The notes: generated by a model not told the origin, from the sequence alone. A stretch of DNA of 35,979 bases from Bacteroidia bacterium (GCA_035696085.1 DASRRA010000002.1:1-35979); one strand, 5' to 3'; positions 1 to 8,149 are shown, numbered from the stretch's first letter. A program made the numbers and translations.

Positions 1-47
1 ATAAGGCAGAATTTGAAAAATTTAAAAAGAAACACTTTCTCTCTTAA
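1..47 (+). CDS. C-terminal fragment of an upstream gene cut by the window edge
   Basis: Frame 3 is open from the edge to TAA at 45-47 (...KAEFEKFKKKHFLS*). No function assignable. Confidence 0.25.
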   Translation, partial: KAEFEKFKKKHFLS

Positions 48-63
48 TAGGGGGAATAAAAAT

Positions 64-140
64 AGCGGTATGTGGAAGGTAAGCTCTCATGAGGCTTTAG
101 GATTAGCGTCCACCTGTAAGTTCGATTCTTACAACCGCTA
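64..140 (+). tRNA. tRNA-like element with a CAU anticodon-type loop and an atypical D region (possible non-canonical tRNA-Met/Ile2-like)
   Basis: Acceptor 64-70 AGCGGTA pairs with 133-139 AACCGCT (6 bp plus an A.A mismatch). T arm at 116-132 is GTAAG-TTCGATT-CTTAC. Stem-loop at 81-97 is AAGCT-CTCATGA-GGCTT (T33, CAT, purine 37). Only 10 nt lie where a D arm should be, and 18 nt lie between the anticodon and T arms. No CCA is encoded. Confidence 0.4.
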
Positions 141-244
141 CAAGATAGTAAATGAAACCACTATCTAAATAAAGGTGAAGGTATAGACATTTGAAGATGG
201 ATTATGCCTCACTTTTTTAAATCGAAACTAAATTTTTAAAATAT

Positions 245-619
245 ATGCTAAACGAATTATCAAAAGAAATACACGAAAACGCTAAGTCTAAAGGCTTTTA
301 TGAAGACAAGAAAAATACAGGTGAAATGCTTGCACTTATTCATTCGGAGGTTTCAGAGGCTTTAGAAGCAGATAGATTAAAAAGGTATTGCCAATTATCT
401 AAACCAGATCAAAATGTTTTAATGGGTTGGACTCATGATAATGCTTTTAAGATAGATTACAAAGACAAAGTAAAAGGTTCTTTTGATGAAGAGATGGCAG
501 ATATAATTATTAGAGTTTTAGATATGTGCGCCTTCAAAGATATTGACATTGATCTACACATTAAAGCTAAAATGAGATACAATTCAGCACGTGAACATAA
601 ACACGGTAAAGCTTACTAA
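245..619 (+). CDS. mazG: MazG-like nucleoside triphosphate pyrophosphohydrolase
   Basis: Small all-alpha protein with the paired acidic motifs HSEVSEALEA and EEMADIIIRVLD and a C-terminal KMRYN..R..HGK, typical of phage MazG-like NTP-PPases. Confidence 0.85.
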   Translation: MLNELSKEIHENAKSKGFYEDKKNTGEMLALIHSEVSEALEADRLKRYCQLSKPDQNVLMGWTHDNAFKIDYKDKVKGSFDEEMADIIIRVLDMCAFKDIDIDLHIKAKMRYNSAREHKHGKAY

Positions 620-621
620 CC

Positions 622-759
622 ATGACTCCTATTCTAGCCATACTAACAATACTTATTATATGGATTTTACTAGCTATAGTATTTAAGAAACTAGGATTTT
701 TGGAGGGAGTAGATGAAGAGATAAAAGAGTACAATAAAAAGAGAAATAATTTTAAATGA
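622..759 (+). CDS. small membrane protein (45 aa, not in ORF track)
   Basis: ATG lies 2 nt after the mazG stop. One hydrophobic helix (PILAILTILIIWILLAIVF) followed by a charged tail. Fills an otherwise empty gap. Confidence 0.4.
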   Translation: MTPILAILTILIIWILLAIVFKKLGFLEGVDEEIKEYNKKRNNFK

Positions 760-789
760 TAAACTAAAAGCCGTCAAACGGAAAACACA

Positions 790-1449
790 ATGGAAAAAAC
801 AGCAAAGATTACAAGAACAGTATTTAAGAATGAGTGGGCTAATCCAAAAGGAGGCTCTATTTACTACCACGATTTAGAGCTTGATAATGGAGACAAAGGG
901 AGCATAGGCTCTAAAGAAAAAGAACCAGCTAAATTAAATCCAGGTCAAGAAATTACCTACACTATTGAAACTACCGATAAGGGTATAAAAATTAAACTTG
1001 TCAATCCACAACAGCAAAACAACTTTCAAGGAGGCGGTAAGAAATCCTATTCACCTTCTGATCCTAGAATAAGCAATACAGGATATGCCATGAGATATGT
1101 AGTAGATCTTATTATAGCTGGTAAAGTAGAGTACAAAGATATAGAACCTTCATTTGAAAAAGTCTTTGGGTTATTGGATAAAAAATACTTAGAACTTAAA
1201 GGTGATAAATCAGAACCAGTTAAGGAAGAAACCAACCTACCGTCTGAGCCTGTAACCGAGGGGCAAATATCTCATGTTAAAAAAATAGTTGAAGAAGGAA
1301 ATCTATTTTCTAAAGAAGAGAGGGCTTCTGCAATAGCAAAAGTTAAAACCCTTACAAGAGGCAAGGCAGGGAGCTTTATTACAAAGCTGATAACTGCAAG
1401 TGAAGATAGGAAACATTCATTAGTAGAAGAAAACGATTTGCCATTCTAA
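790..1449 (+). CDS. putative ssDNA-binding protein (SSB-like acidic C-terminal tip)
   Basis: C-terminus ...EENDLPF resembles the SSB D-D-D-I-P-F protein-interaction tip. Q/G-rich linker (NPQQQNNFQGGG). Sits in the replication module. The N-terminal fold was not verified. Confidence 0.45.
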   Translation: MEKTAKITRTVFKNEWANPKGGSIYYHDLELDNGDKGSIGSKEKEPAKLNPGQEITYTIETTDKGIKIKLVNPQQQNNFQGGGKKSYSPSDPRISNTGYAMRYVVDLIIAGKVEYKDIEPSFEKVFGLLDKKYLELKGDKSEPVKEETNLPSEPVTEGQISHVKKIVEEGNLFSKEERASAIAKVKTLTRGKAGSFITKLITASEDRKHSLVEENDLPF

Positions 1450-1676
1450 TGGTACAGGGAGAAGAAATTATAGTCCTTAAAATAAGAAGGGATGCATTTG
1501 AGAAGCTTTACAACGAGGGATTAATAAGCTTAGATGGTGAAGACTTCGAACTTGATAAAGTTTGCCCTTACAAAGAAGAATACCCTGAAAATGAAAATTG
1601 GGTAAAGTTAAAAGAAGAAGCTGGTAAGGCTTATAAAAGATTAAGAGAGTACGAATATAAATTAAGAGCCAAATGA
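1449..1676 (+). CDS. hypothetical protein
   Basis: ATG overlaps the upstream stop (TAATG). Charged, plausible composition. Confidence 0.6.
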   Translation: MVQGEEIIVLKIRRDAFEKLYNEGLISLDGEDFELDKVCPYKEEYPENENWVKLKEEAGKAYKRLREYEYKLRAK

Positions 1677-2029
1677 GTAAAATTTTAATGCCTGCAATTC
1701 TTTCAAGATATGCTCCACGTGCTGACAAAAGTTGGACTATATCACTAAATGTAATAGAGCCTAATGCAGAGCAAAAGATAGCCATAGATAGAATGTTTCA
1801 ACAGTCCTGTTATGTGCTTATTAAAGAAGGTGAAATATCAAAAGAAGAACAAAGCTTAATTGATACCCTAGAGGCAAAGGAGTTTAAAATTAAAACCAAG
1901 AGCCAAAGATTGAAAGGTGTCCTTTATAGAGTTTGGGAAAACCACCACAGCGCAAACATGACCGAGAAAGAATACTATGACTTTGAAATGGAAAGAATTA
2001 TTGACTTGTATAAAACTAAAATAGATTGA
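1673..2029 (+). CDS. hypothetical protein
   Basis: 4-nt ATGA overlap with the upstream gene. No motif recognised. Confidence 0.6.
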   Translation: MSKILMPAILSRYAPRADKSWTISLNVIEPNAEQKIAIDRMFQQSCYVLIKEGEISKEEQSLIDTLEAKEFKIKTKSQRLKGVLYRVWENHHSANMTEKEYYDFEMERIIDLYKTKID

Positions 2030-2030
2030 A

Positions 2031-2318
2031 ATGCAATCACCTGTCAGCCTAAAAAACTATACTGAATTAATCTTACCTAAACTTAGTGAGAGCCAAAGGA
2101 AGATTTACAATATAATAGCACAGCACGCTTGTGGAATAAATTCTCTTGACCTGGAAATCGCAATAGGTAAAGAACGCCACAAGTTTTCTGGTAGGTTAAC
2201 CGAGTTAGTAAAGATGAATTTAATAATAGTAGACAGGATGCAGAAGGTAGGAGAAAGCACCTTTGGAGTTTGGAAAGCAGTAAAATTTAGTAATGACGGA
2301 CAAGTAGAATTATTCTGA
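2031..2318 (+). CDS. hypothetical protein, possible winged-helix DNA-binding protein
   Basis: 95 aa. The pattern SQRKIYNII....LDLEIAIGK...FSGRLTELVKMNLI resembles MarR/wHTH recognition-helix regions. Weak evidence. Confidence 0.45.
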   Translation: MQSPVSLKNYTELILPKLSESQRKIYNIIAQHACGINSLDLEIAIGKERHKFSGRLTELVKMNLIIVDRMQKVGESTFGVWKAVKFSNDGQVELF

Positions 2319-2322
2319 ATAG

Positions 2323-2343
2323 AACTTTTAACTTTTAACTTTT
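2323..2343. repeat. 3 tandem copies of AACTTTT
   Basis: aactttt aactttt aactttt read directly, immediately after the stop of 2031-2318. Confidence 0.8.
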
Positions 2344-2368
2344 TAAAATACAAGAAATGTGCATAGAA

Positions 2369-2402
2369 TGTTGATAACAAATTTTACAAGTAGTGTTGAT
2401 AA
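2369..2402 (+). repeat. two direct copies of TGTTGATAA (DnaA-box-like 9-mers), 25 bp apart
   Basis: Copies at 2369-2377 and 2394-2402 are identical. Each is 8/9 to TGTGGATAA, the reverse complement of the DnaA box TTATCCACA. An inverted partial box CTTTCCACA lies at 2431-2439. Confidence 0.75.
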
Positions 2403-2465
2403 GTGGTTAATAAAGCTGGCATAATTAAAGCTTTCCACATTTCACATTATGAGACAGTTAAGTGG

Positions 2466-2473
2466 TAAATTTG
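2466..2473 (+). promoter_or_regulatory. candidate Bacteroidota-type -7 box (TAaaTTTG)
   Basis: Matches TAnnTTTG, 21 nt upstream of the ATG at 2494. No clear -33 TTTG. Confidence 0.3.
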
Positions 2474-2493
2474 AGTAAATAAATATTGTTTAC

Positions 2494-2970
2494 ATGAGCG
2501 AGAAGAAAGAGGGTTTTGAACAAGTTATCTACCAGATTACACCAAAGCCAACATACTATAATCACATTCTTTATAGATCAAGATTAGAAGCGAAATGGGC
2601 AGCGTTCTTTGATTTTCATGGGTGGGAATATGAATACGAGCCGGAGCCTTTTAAAACCTGGTCTCCTGATTTTGTGATTCACACTTTAGATGCCTTTGTG
2701 GAAGTAAAGCCAATGAATATGTGGGGCCAGGCAATAGAAAAGATAAGGCCATATTCTAAAGAGTTAAGATGCGGTTTACTGTCTGATGTTCTTACGATAA
2801 ATGAAAATGCCTATTACATAGGAAAATATTTAAATAAAAACCATAAGGAAGGAGAATTGATTTTGAATGATTTTACTATACAATACCGGGGAAATTTTAC
2901 GCCTCAAGTAATAAGAATGTTTTGGGCTGAAGCACAAAATAAAGTGATGTACCTAAAGCCTAATGTATGA
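2494..2970 (+). CDS. PD-(D/E)xK-superfamily nuclease-like protein
   Basis: YRSRLEAKWAAFFD..GWEYEYEP....PDFVI.....VEVKP: a D...(E)VK core with the upstream LEA.WA helix seen in phage restriction-endonuclease-like nucleases. Confidence 0.55.
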   Translation: MSEKKEGFEQVIYQITPKPTYYNHILYRSRLEAKWAAFFDFHGWEYEYEPEPFKTWSPDFVIHTLDAFVEVKPMNMWGQAIEKIRPYSKELRCGLLSDVLTINENAYYIGKYLNKNHKEGELILNDFTIQYRGNFTPQVIRMFWAEAQNKVMYLKPNV

Positions 2971-3587
2971 ACGAAGGATTCATTTTATTACACCGGAAGA
3001 TGCTTGAGAATGCTATTTTCTACAAGGCAGATTATTATCAGATATGGAGCTATATTCTCCTAAAAGTTAATCATAAGGACAATGTATTTATCTGGAATAA
3101 TGAAAAAAAGGTGGTAAAAAAGGGTGGTGGAATATTCTCTCAAAAGAAGATTTCAGAGGAATTACGTATTCCAATAGGCACTGTTCACAACGCTTTAAAG
3201 TACCTAAAATCTGAAAGCCAAATTGAAATCAAATCAACGCCAAAATACACAGAGATACAGGTAGTTAACTGGGAACAATATCAAAGCTTTGAAAGCATAG
3301 TTGAAAACAGAATGAAAACAAACCGAAAACAGAATGAAACAAACAAACATGATATACATGATAAACAATTATTAGAGCAGTGCCAGGAATTTATTTCAGT
3401 GTATGGGCAAGATATGATAAATAATTTTTTGAGGTACTGGGAAGAAAAAAATAGTAAGGGAGTTGAAAAGTGGAAACTTCAAAAGACCTGGGAAACTAAA
3501 AGAAGATTAGAGACCTGGAAGAAAAATGACTTTGGCAGTAAAAAAGCTTTACAAAAAACTAACGGACCTGGAGGATTGATTTTATGA
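2967..3587 (+). CDS. putative replication organiser / wHTH DNA-binding protein
   Basis: ATGA overlap on both sides and a position immediately upstream of the primase-helicase. The N-terminal half is wHTH-like (GTVHNALKYLKSESQIEI). Function inferred mainly from position. Confidence 0.4.
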   Translation: MNEGFILLHRKMLENAIFYKADYYQIWSYILLKVNHKDNVFIWNNEKKVVKKGGGIFSQKKISEELRIPIGTVHNALKYLKSESQIEIKSTPKYTEIQVVNWEQYQSFESIVENRMKTNRKQNETNKHDIHDKQLLEQCQEFISVYGQDMINNFLRYWEEKNSKGVEKWKLQKTWETKRRLETWKKNDFGSKKALQKTNGPGGLIL

Positions 3588-5269
3588 TTGGAAAATTACA
3601 AGACCAAGGTATTGAACTTAAAGGCAGAACAAGTGGAAACTATAAAACCACTTGCCCTAAATGTTCACCGGAAAGAAAGAATAAAAAAGATTTATGCCTT
3701 TCTGTAAATATTGATGAAGGGGTATGGAATTGCCATCACTGTGCATGGAAAGGAACAGTTAGAGAAAAAATGGATAAGGTAATTTACAATGTTCCACAAA
3801 TAAACAATACCCAATTATCAGATAAAACCCTTTCATGGTTTCAAGGCCGGGGAATTTCTAAGGCTACGATTATAAGATTTGGAATAACAGAATCAAGTGA
3901 ATGGATGCCACAGGAAGAGAAGGAAATGAACTGTATCAACTTTAATTACTTCAAAGACGAAAAGCCGGTAAATATAAAATTTAGGGATGCTAAGAAGAAT
4001 TTCAAACTGGTTAAAGGGGCAGAATTGATTTTATACAACGTGGATGCCCTAAAAGATAGCGAAGAAGCGATTATCTGCGAAGGGGAGATAGATTGCCTTA
4101 GTTTCCATGAGGCTGGCTTATATCACACCGTAAGCGTTCCAAACGGGGCCTCAAAAGGAAACCAGAAATTAGACTACATAGATAACTGCTGGAAATACTT
4201 TGAAGGTAAGAAAAAGATTATCCTGGCTACAGACAAAGACGAGGCTGGAGTAGCATTAAGGGAAGAGTTGGCCCGAAGGCTAGGAAAAGAAAGATGTTAT
4301 ATTTTCCAATACCCTGAAGAATGTAAGGACGCAAACGAGATTCTAATACAAGTTGGACCTAATGGTTTAAAAAAATGCCTTGATTATGTTATTGAATATC
4401 CGGTAGAGGGCATTACAAGTGTTACGGATATTGAGGAAAGAATCAATAACATTTATAAAAACGGCTATCCAAAGGGAATAAGGATAGGGTTTAACAACCT
4501 GGATGAACTCATAACCTGGAGGACCGGAGAACTTACAGCCTTTACCGGAATACCCGGGAGTGGGAAGAGTGAGTTTGTAGATCAGGTAATAGTTAAGCTT
4601 GCTCAATTGCAGGATTGGAAGTGGGGGGTGTTTAGTGCAGAGAACCAGCCAGAGGAACTACACTTTGCAAAATTATCTGAAAAGTATGTGGGTAAATCAT
4701 TTTACTCTTCCAATGAAGATTTCCGGATGAACCATGAAGAACTTTATAAGGCAAAGGTATTTTTAAATGATCATATCTCTTTTGTCAACATAGATGAAAC
4801 CAACATTACACTTGATGGTTTGCTGTCAAAGGCCCGGGAGCTTGTTTTAAGAAAAGGGATTAACGCTTTTTTAATTGATCCTTGGAATTACATAGAACAT
4901 AAAATACCTGGTGGATATACAGAAACACAGTACATATCTGAGGCACTAACAAAGCTTTCAAGGTTCTCTAAACTCAACAACATTCACATTATCGTAGTGG
5001 CCCACCCTACCAAAATAAGTAAAGGTGAAGATGGAAAGTATAGGGTAGCTACAATGTATGACATAGCCGGATCTGCCCACTGGTTTAATAAGATTGATAA
5101 CGGAGTAAGTGTTTACAGAGATTTTGAAAGTGGATTAGTAGATGTGTACATACAAAAGATAAGATTCAAGTTTATAGGGAAAATTGGGAAAGCCTCTTTT
5201 GAATGGGATAAACATACCGGAAGATATAGAGAACATAGTGATATAAGGATGACTGAATATTTAAACTGA
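3584..5269 (+). CDS. bifunctional DNA primase-helicase (T7 gp4 / Twinkle-like)
   Basis: Zn ribbon CPKC...x22...CHHC. TOPRIM motifs ICEGEIDCLS and ATDKDEAG. Walker A GIPGSGKSEF, Walker B AFLIDPW, and a RecA-type C-terminal half. Confidence 0.9.
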   Translation: MIGKLQDQGIELKGRTSGNYKTTCPKCSPERKNKKDLCLSVNIDEGVWNCHHCAWKGTVREKMDKVIYNVPQINNTQLSDKTLSWFQGRGISKATIIRFGITESSEWMPQEEKEMNCINFNYFKDEKPVNIKFRDAKKNFKLVKGAELILYNVDALKDSEEAIICEGEIDCLSFHEAGLYHTVSVPNGASKGNQKLDYIDNCWKYFEGKKKIILATDKDEAGVALREELARRLGKERCYIFQYPEECKDANEILIQVGPNGLKKCLDYVIEYPVEGITSVTDIEERINNIYKNGYPKGIRIGFNNLDELITWRTGELTAFTGIPGSGKSEFVDQVIVKLAQLQDWKWGVFSAENQPEELHFAKLSEKYVGKSFYSSNEDFRMNHEELYKAKVFLNDHISFVNIDETNITLDGLLSKARELVLRKGINAFLIDPWNYIEHKIPGGYTETQYISEALTKLSRFSKLNNIHIIVVAHPTKISKGEDGKYRVATMYDIAGSAHWFNKIDNGVSVYRDFESGLVDVYIQKIRFKFIGKIGKASFEWDKHTGRYREHSDIRMTEYLN

Positions 5270-5271
5270 TT

Positions 5272-5673
5272 ATGAAAAATAAAAAATGTATTAATGATAA
5301 GGATGAATTGGATAGAATCGCAAGGGTGGTTTCTGAATATACAGAAATAAGCCTGGAAAGACTTCAACATAAAACAAGGAAAGAAGAAGTAAAGGATGCA
5401 AGACAAATAGCAATGCATTTTATGGAAAAGAAAACCAAAGCTAGCTTATTGTATATAGCCCAACACTTTGGTAGGAAAGATCATTCAGTTACAATAAATG
5501 CTAGGGACCGGGTGCAGGATTTAATGGATGTGGATAGAAAGTTTAAAAAGATGTGCCTGGAGATAGAGACACTAATTGACGAAGCTATAGAGAGGGAAAG
5601 GACAAAGTACAAATATCATTTTGAGTTTAATAATAATTTAGAAATATACCAGGAGCAAAAGAATCAACTATGA
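5272..5673 (+). CDS. DnaA domain IV-like (DnaA_C HTH) DNA-binding protein
   Basis: VKDARQIAMHFMEKKTKASLLYIAQHFGRKDHSVTINARDRV closely follows the DnaA C-terminal signature (R.iAMYL...SL..IG..FG.RDHTTV). It has no AAA+ domain. Confidence 0.8.
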   Translation: MKNKKCINDKDELDRIARVVSEYTEISLERLQHKTRKEEVKDARQIAMHFMEKKTKASLLYIAQHFGRKDHSVTINARDRVQDLMDVDRKFKKMCLEIETLIDEAIERERTKYKYHFEFNNNLEIYQEQKNQL

Positions 5674-5876
5674 TCATAGGCGAATACATAACAACCCATT
5701 TAAACTTTCAGACTTTCGGAGCGAACAAGGATTATTTTAACAACCACATAAGAGACAAGGAATTGAAAGTAATATTTACCAATACAAGGATAGTTACAGT
5801 AGAAGATGAAAACGGTCAGCATTGGAATATATCAGTTCAGGATTTAATAAGAGTTATTAAACAAGATACACTATGA
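5670..5876 (+). CDS. hypothetical protein
   Basis: ATGA coupling to neighbours on both sides. Confidence 0.55.
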   Translation: MIIGEYITTHLNFQTFGANKDYFNNHIRDKELKVIFTNTRIVTVEDENGQHWNISVQDLIRVIKQDTL

Positions 5877-6055
5877 AACTATACACACCTCTTCAACTTA
5901 ATATTTTAGTAACCAGGATAGAAGACACAGACGGACTTGAGATACTAGTAGAATATGTAATGGAAAATAACGAGAACTATTCAGATCAAGATTTCTTTAG
6001 AATAACCGATAGAATAAATAATAAGCATAAGGCTTTAAGGAGGATAAAGGAATGA
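5873..6055 (+). CDS. hypothetical protein
   Basis: ATGA coupling on both sides. 60 aa, acidic. Confidence 0.5.
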   Translation: MKLYTPLQLNILVTRIEDTDGLEILVEYVMENNENYSDQDFFRITDRINNKHKALRRIKE

Positions 6056-6423
6056 CTGAATTTAAGCTTTGTCCTAAATGTCAAGTATCTAAGCCAGTTG
6101 AAGAGTTTGGTAAATACTTCTCAAAGGAAAGGCAAAGAGAATATGTTCAAAGTCTCTGCAAGTTGTGTAAACATATAGATGTAACAGAAAGAAGAAAAAA
6201 GTACTACTATAAAACAGAAGCACACAGAAAAACTGGTAGAAACAAACAGAAAAGAAATAGGGAAGAATTAAATGATACATATATAATAAGCATTCTAGTT
6301 AGAAAGCGAAAGTTAAAAGCAAGCGACATTCGGGCGATTCCAGGATTAATAGAAGTAAATAGAGCAAATATATTATTGAAACGAACCATAAAAAAAATAC
6401 AAAATGAAAAACAACAAAATTGA
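6052..6423 (+). CDS. zinc-ribbon protein with a very basic C-terminal half
   Basis: CPKC-x3-K-x3-EF ... CKLC four-Cys ribbon, followed by a K/R-rich tail. Paralogous N-terminus to 10107-10304. Confidence 0.6.
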   Translation: MTEFKLCPKCQVSKPVEEFGKYFSKERQREYVQSLCKLCKHIDVTERRKKYYYKTEAHRKTGRNKQKRNREELNDTYIISILVRKRKLKASDIRAIPGLIEVNRANILLKRTIKKIQNEKQQN

Positions 6424-6631
6424 AAACCTAAGAGATCACCTTTTCTCAACTATTGATAAACTTATGGATGATCAAAAGCCAATGGATATAGAAAGAGCAA
6501 GAGCGATTTCAGACGTGGCGCAGGTAATTATTAACTCCGCAAAAGTTGAAGTAGATTATATGAAAAATGTAGGAGGTCTTGGTTCGGGCTTTATTCCAAT
6601 GCAACCTCTAAAACTTGAAGATAAGAAATAA
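6404..6631 (+). CDS. hypothetical protein
   Basis: 20-nt overlap with the upstream gene. Plausible helical composition. Confidence 0.5.
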   Translation: MKNNKIENLRDHLFSTIDKLMDDQKPMDIERARAISDVAQVIINSAKVEVDYMKNVGGLGSGFIPMQPLKLEDKK

Positions 6632-6676
6632 CTACTTTCTTACATCCTGTTACACTTACAAACTAAAAATAAATAT

Positions 6677-7054
6677 ATGAAACTAACAACACAAGAATTA
6701 GGAATGTTTATCGGATGTCAATGTGTGTGGCATGAAAACGAGAACATAGTTGGAGGTATTTTACAAGGACAATGGATTGATAATTATGATCCTGAATATA
6801 TAACTGTAAAACCTGTCCTTCGCTATCTCTCAGATATGACGGATGAAGAAATTATAGAGTTAACAAAATCTATTCCAATGTTAAGTATGGATGATATACC
6901 AATGATTCAAGATGCTATATATAATTCACTACATCCAGACAATAGACTGTCATTTGATGCAAATGTTAGGGTTATAAAATATCTAATCGAAAAACACTTT
7001 GATGTATTCGGCTGGATAGAAAAAGGACTTGCAATAGATAAAACAAAAGTATAA
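6677..7054 (+). CDS. hypothetical protein
   Basis: 125-aa ORF with good composition. No motif recognised. Confidence 0.6.
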   Translation: MKLTTQELGMFIGCQCVWHENENIVGGILQGQWIDNYDPEYITVKPVLRYLSDMTDEEIIELTKSIPMLSMDDIPMIQDAIYNSLHPDNRLSFDANVRVIKYLIEKHFDVFGWIEKGLAIDKTKV

Positions 7055-7056
7055 CC

Positions 7057-7254
7057 ATGAACCCTCTATATAGCTTTCTTACTTCTTGCTTAACCTACAA
7101 ATATGAAATAGGAATAGGTCTTTTAGTTTTTGTGGTAGGATTGGAAGTGTTGTTTTTTATATCAGGATTATTGGTGGTGTTGCGAAAGTTTGTAGTGTAT
7201 GTTTTGGAGTTCGAACTAGAGAAAATCAGGCTAAAGTATTTTAATAAAAAGTGA
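7057..7254 (+). CDS. small membrane protein
   Basis: Long hydrophobic stretch IGIGLLVFVVGLEVLFFISGLLVVL with a basic C-terminus. Confidence 0.5.
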   Translation: MNPLYSFLTSCLTYKYEIGIGLLVFVVGLEVLFFISGLLVVLRKFVVYVLEFELEKIRLKYFNKK

Positions 7255-7298
7255 GTTAATGTTTTGATAATCAGGGAAATAAGTGTAAATTTATATCA

Positions 7299-7667
7299 AT
7301 GAAGTGTTCGAATAATCATTTGGTTTCTGGGGACGTTTGCCCTATATGCGAGGAGAGATTAAAACCTGAAAAGGTAAAGGTATCAACCATTAACAGGGTA
7401 TCTAAAAAGAAGTCTAAAGAGGTTGCTGAGTATGCTGTGAAGAGAAAGAAATATTTATCTGTACACACTCGATGCGCTGTGTACCCTAGATTAATGGCAA
7501 CACAAATACATCACCAAAAAGGAAGGATAGGTAGTTTGTTTCTTGATGAAAACTTTTGGCTTCCTGTTTCTGCTTTAGGTCATAAGTGGATAGAAGAACA
7601 TCCTGAGCGAGCATATAAGGAAGGGTTTAGTTTATTACGGTTAGAAAAATTGGAGGATACAATATGA
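7299..7667 (+). CDS. putative YbcO/NinG-like (HNH-type) nuclease with an N-terminal zinc ribbon
   Basis: C-x-NH...CPIC ribbon. RCAVYP...ATQIHHQKGR...D..N.WLPVS..GHKWIEEH resembles the small lambdoid nin-region nucleases. Family not verified. Confidence 0.4.
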   Translation: MKCSNNHLVSGDVCPICEERLKPEKVKVSTINRVSKKKSKEVAEYAVKRKKYLSVHTRCAVYPRLMATQIHHQKGRIGSLFLDENFWLPVSALGHKWIEEHPERAYKEGFSLLRLEKLEDTI

Positions 7668-8149
7668 AAGCATCAGAATTAAGGATAGGTAATAAAATAT
7701 TATTTAATGGAATAGTTGATGTTGTTGCAGAGGTTTCTAATGCAGGGCATATACTTGCTGAAATAAATGGGTTTGGGAATCTTGATAAAGGGTATATAGA
7801 TCCTATTCCACTCACAGAAGAATGGCTAATTAAAATAGGTTTTGAAGGTTATGATAACCCAAATATGACAAAAAGCAAAGTATTTTATATTAATGGGGTA
7901 AGATTACTGGTATCTCACAATGAAATAACTCTGAGAGATTTCTATGATAAAAACCCAATCGTTTATGTTCATCAGTTACAGAACATATACTTCGCTTTAA
8001 AAAGGAGAAGAACTAAATGGCATTTGAAACAGAAACAGAAAAACTCTTCCAAATGTACGTCCGACAAGTACAGATGCCTTATGTTGAATACGGTCAAGAT
8101 TTCGTACGGTTCAGGAATGATGGAGGAAAGCTATTTGAAATATCAGTAA
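7664..8149 (+). CDS. hypothetical protein (3' end uncertain, see findings)
   Basis: ATGA coupling at the start. The last ~44 codons overlap 8017-8217 and look like off-frame sequence. Confidence 0.5.
   Translation: MKASELRIGNKILFNGIVDVVAEVSNAGHILAEINGFGNLDKGYIDPIPLTEEWLIKIGFEGYDNPNMTKSKVFYINGVRLLVSHNEITLRDFYDKNPIVYVHQLQNIYFALKRRRTKWHLKQKQKNSSKCTSDKYRCLMLNTVKISYGSGMMEESYLKYQ

Noticed and set aside
1-168. Frame-1 ORF open from the window edge across the tRNA-like element
   Set aside because: The translation (…NRGNKNSGMWKVSSHEALGLASTCKFDSYNRYKIV…) has no protein-like features, and the stretch is better explained by the RNA structure. Frame 3, ending at 47, looks like the real upstream gene end.
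174-218. Possible terminator downstream of the tRNA-like element (GGTGAAGG ... CCTCAC followed by T6)
   Set aside because: The stem needs a bulge and encloses a 25-nt loop, which is too weak to call an intrinsic terminator by eye.
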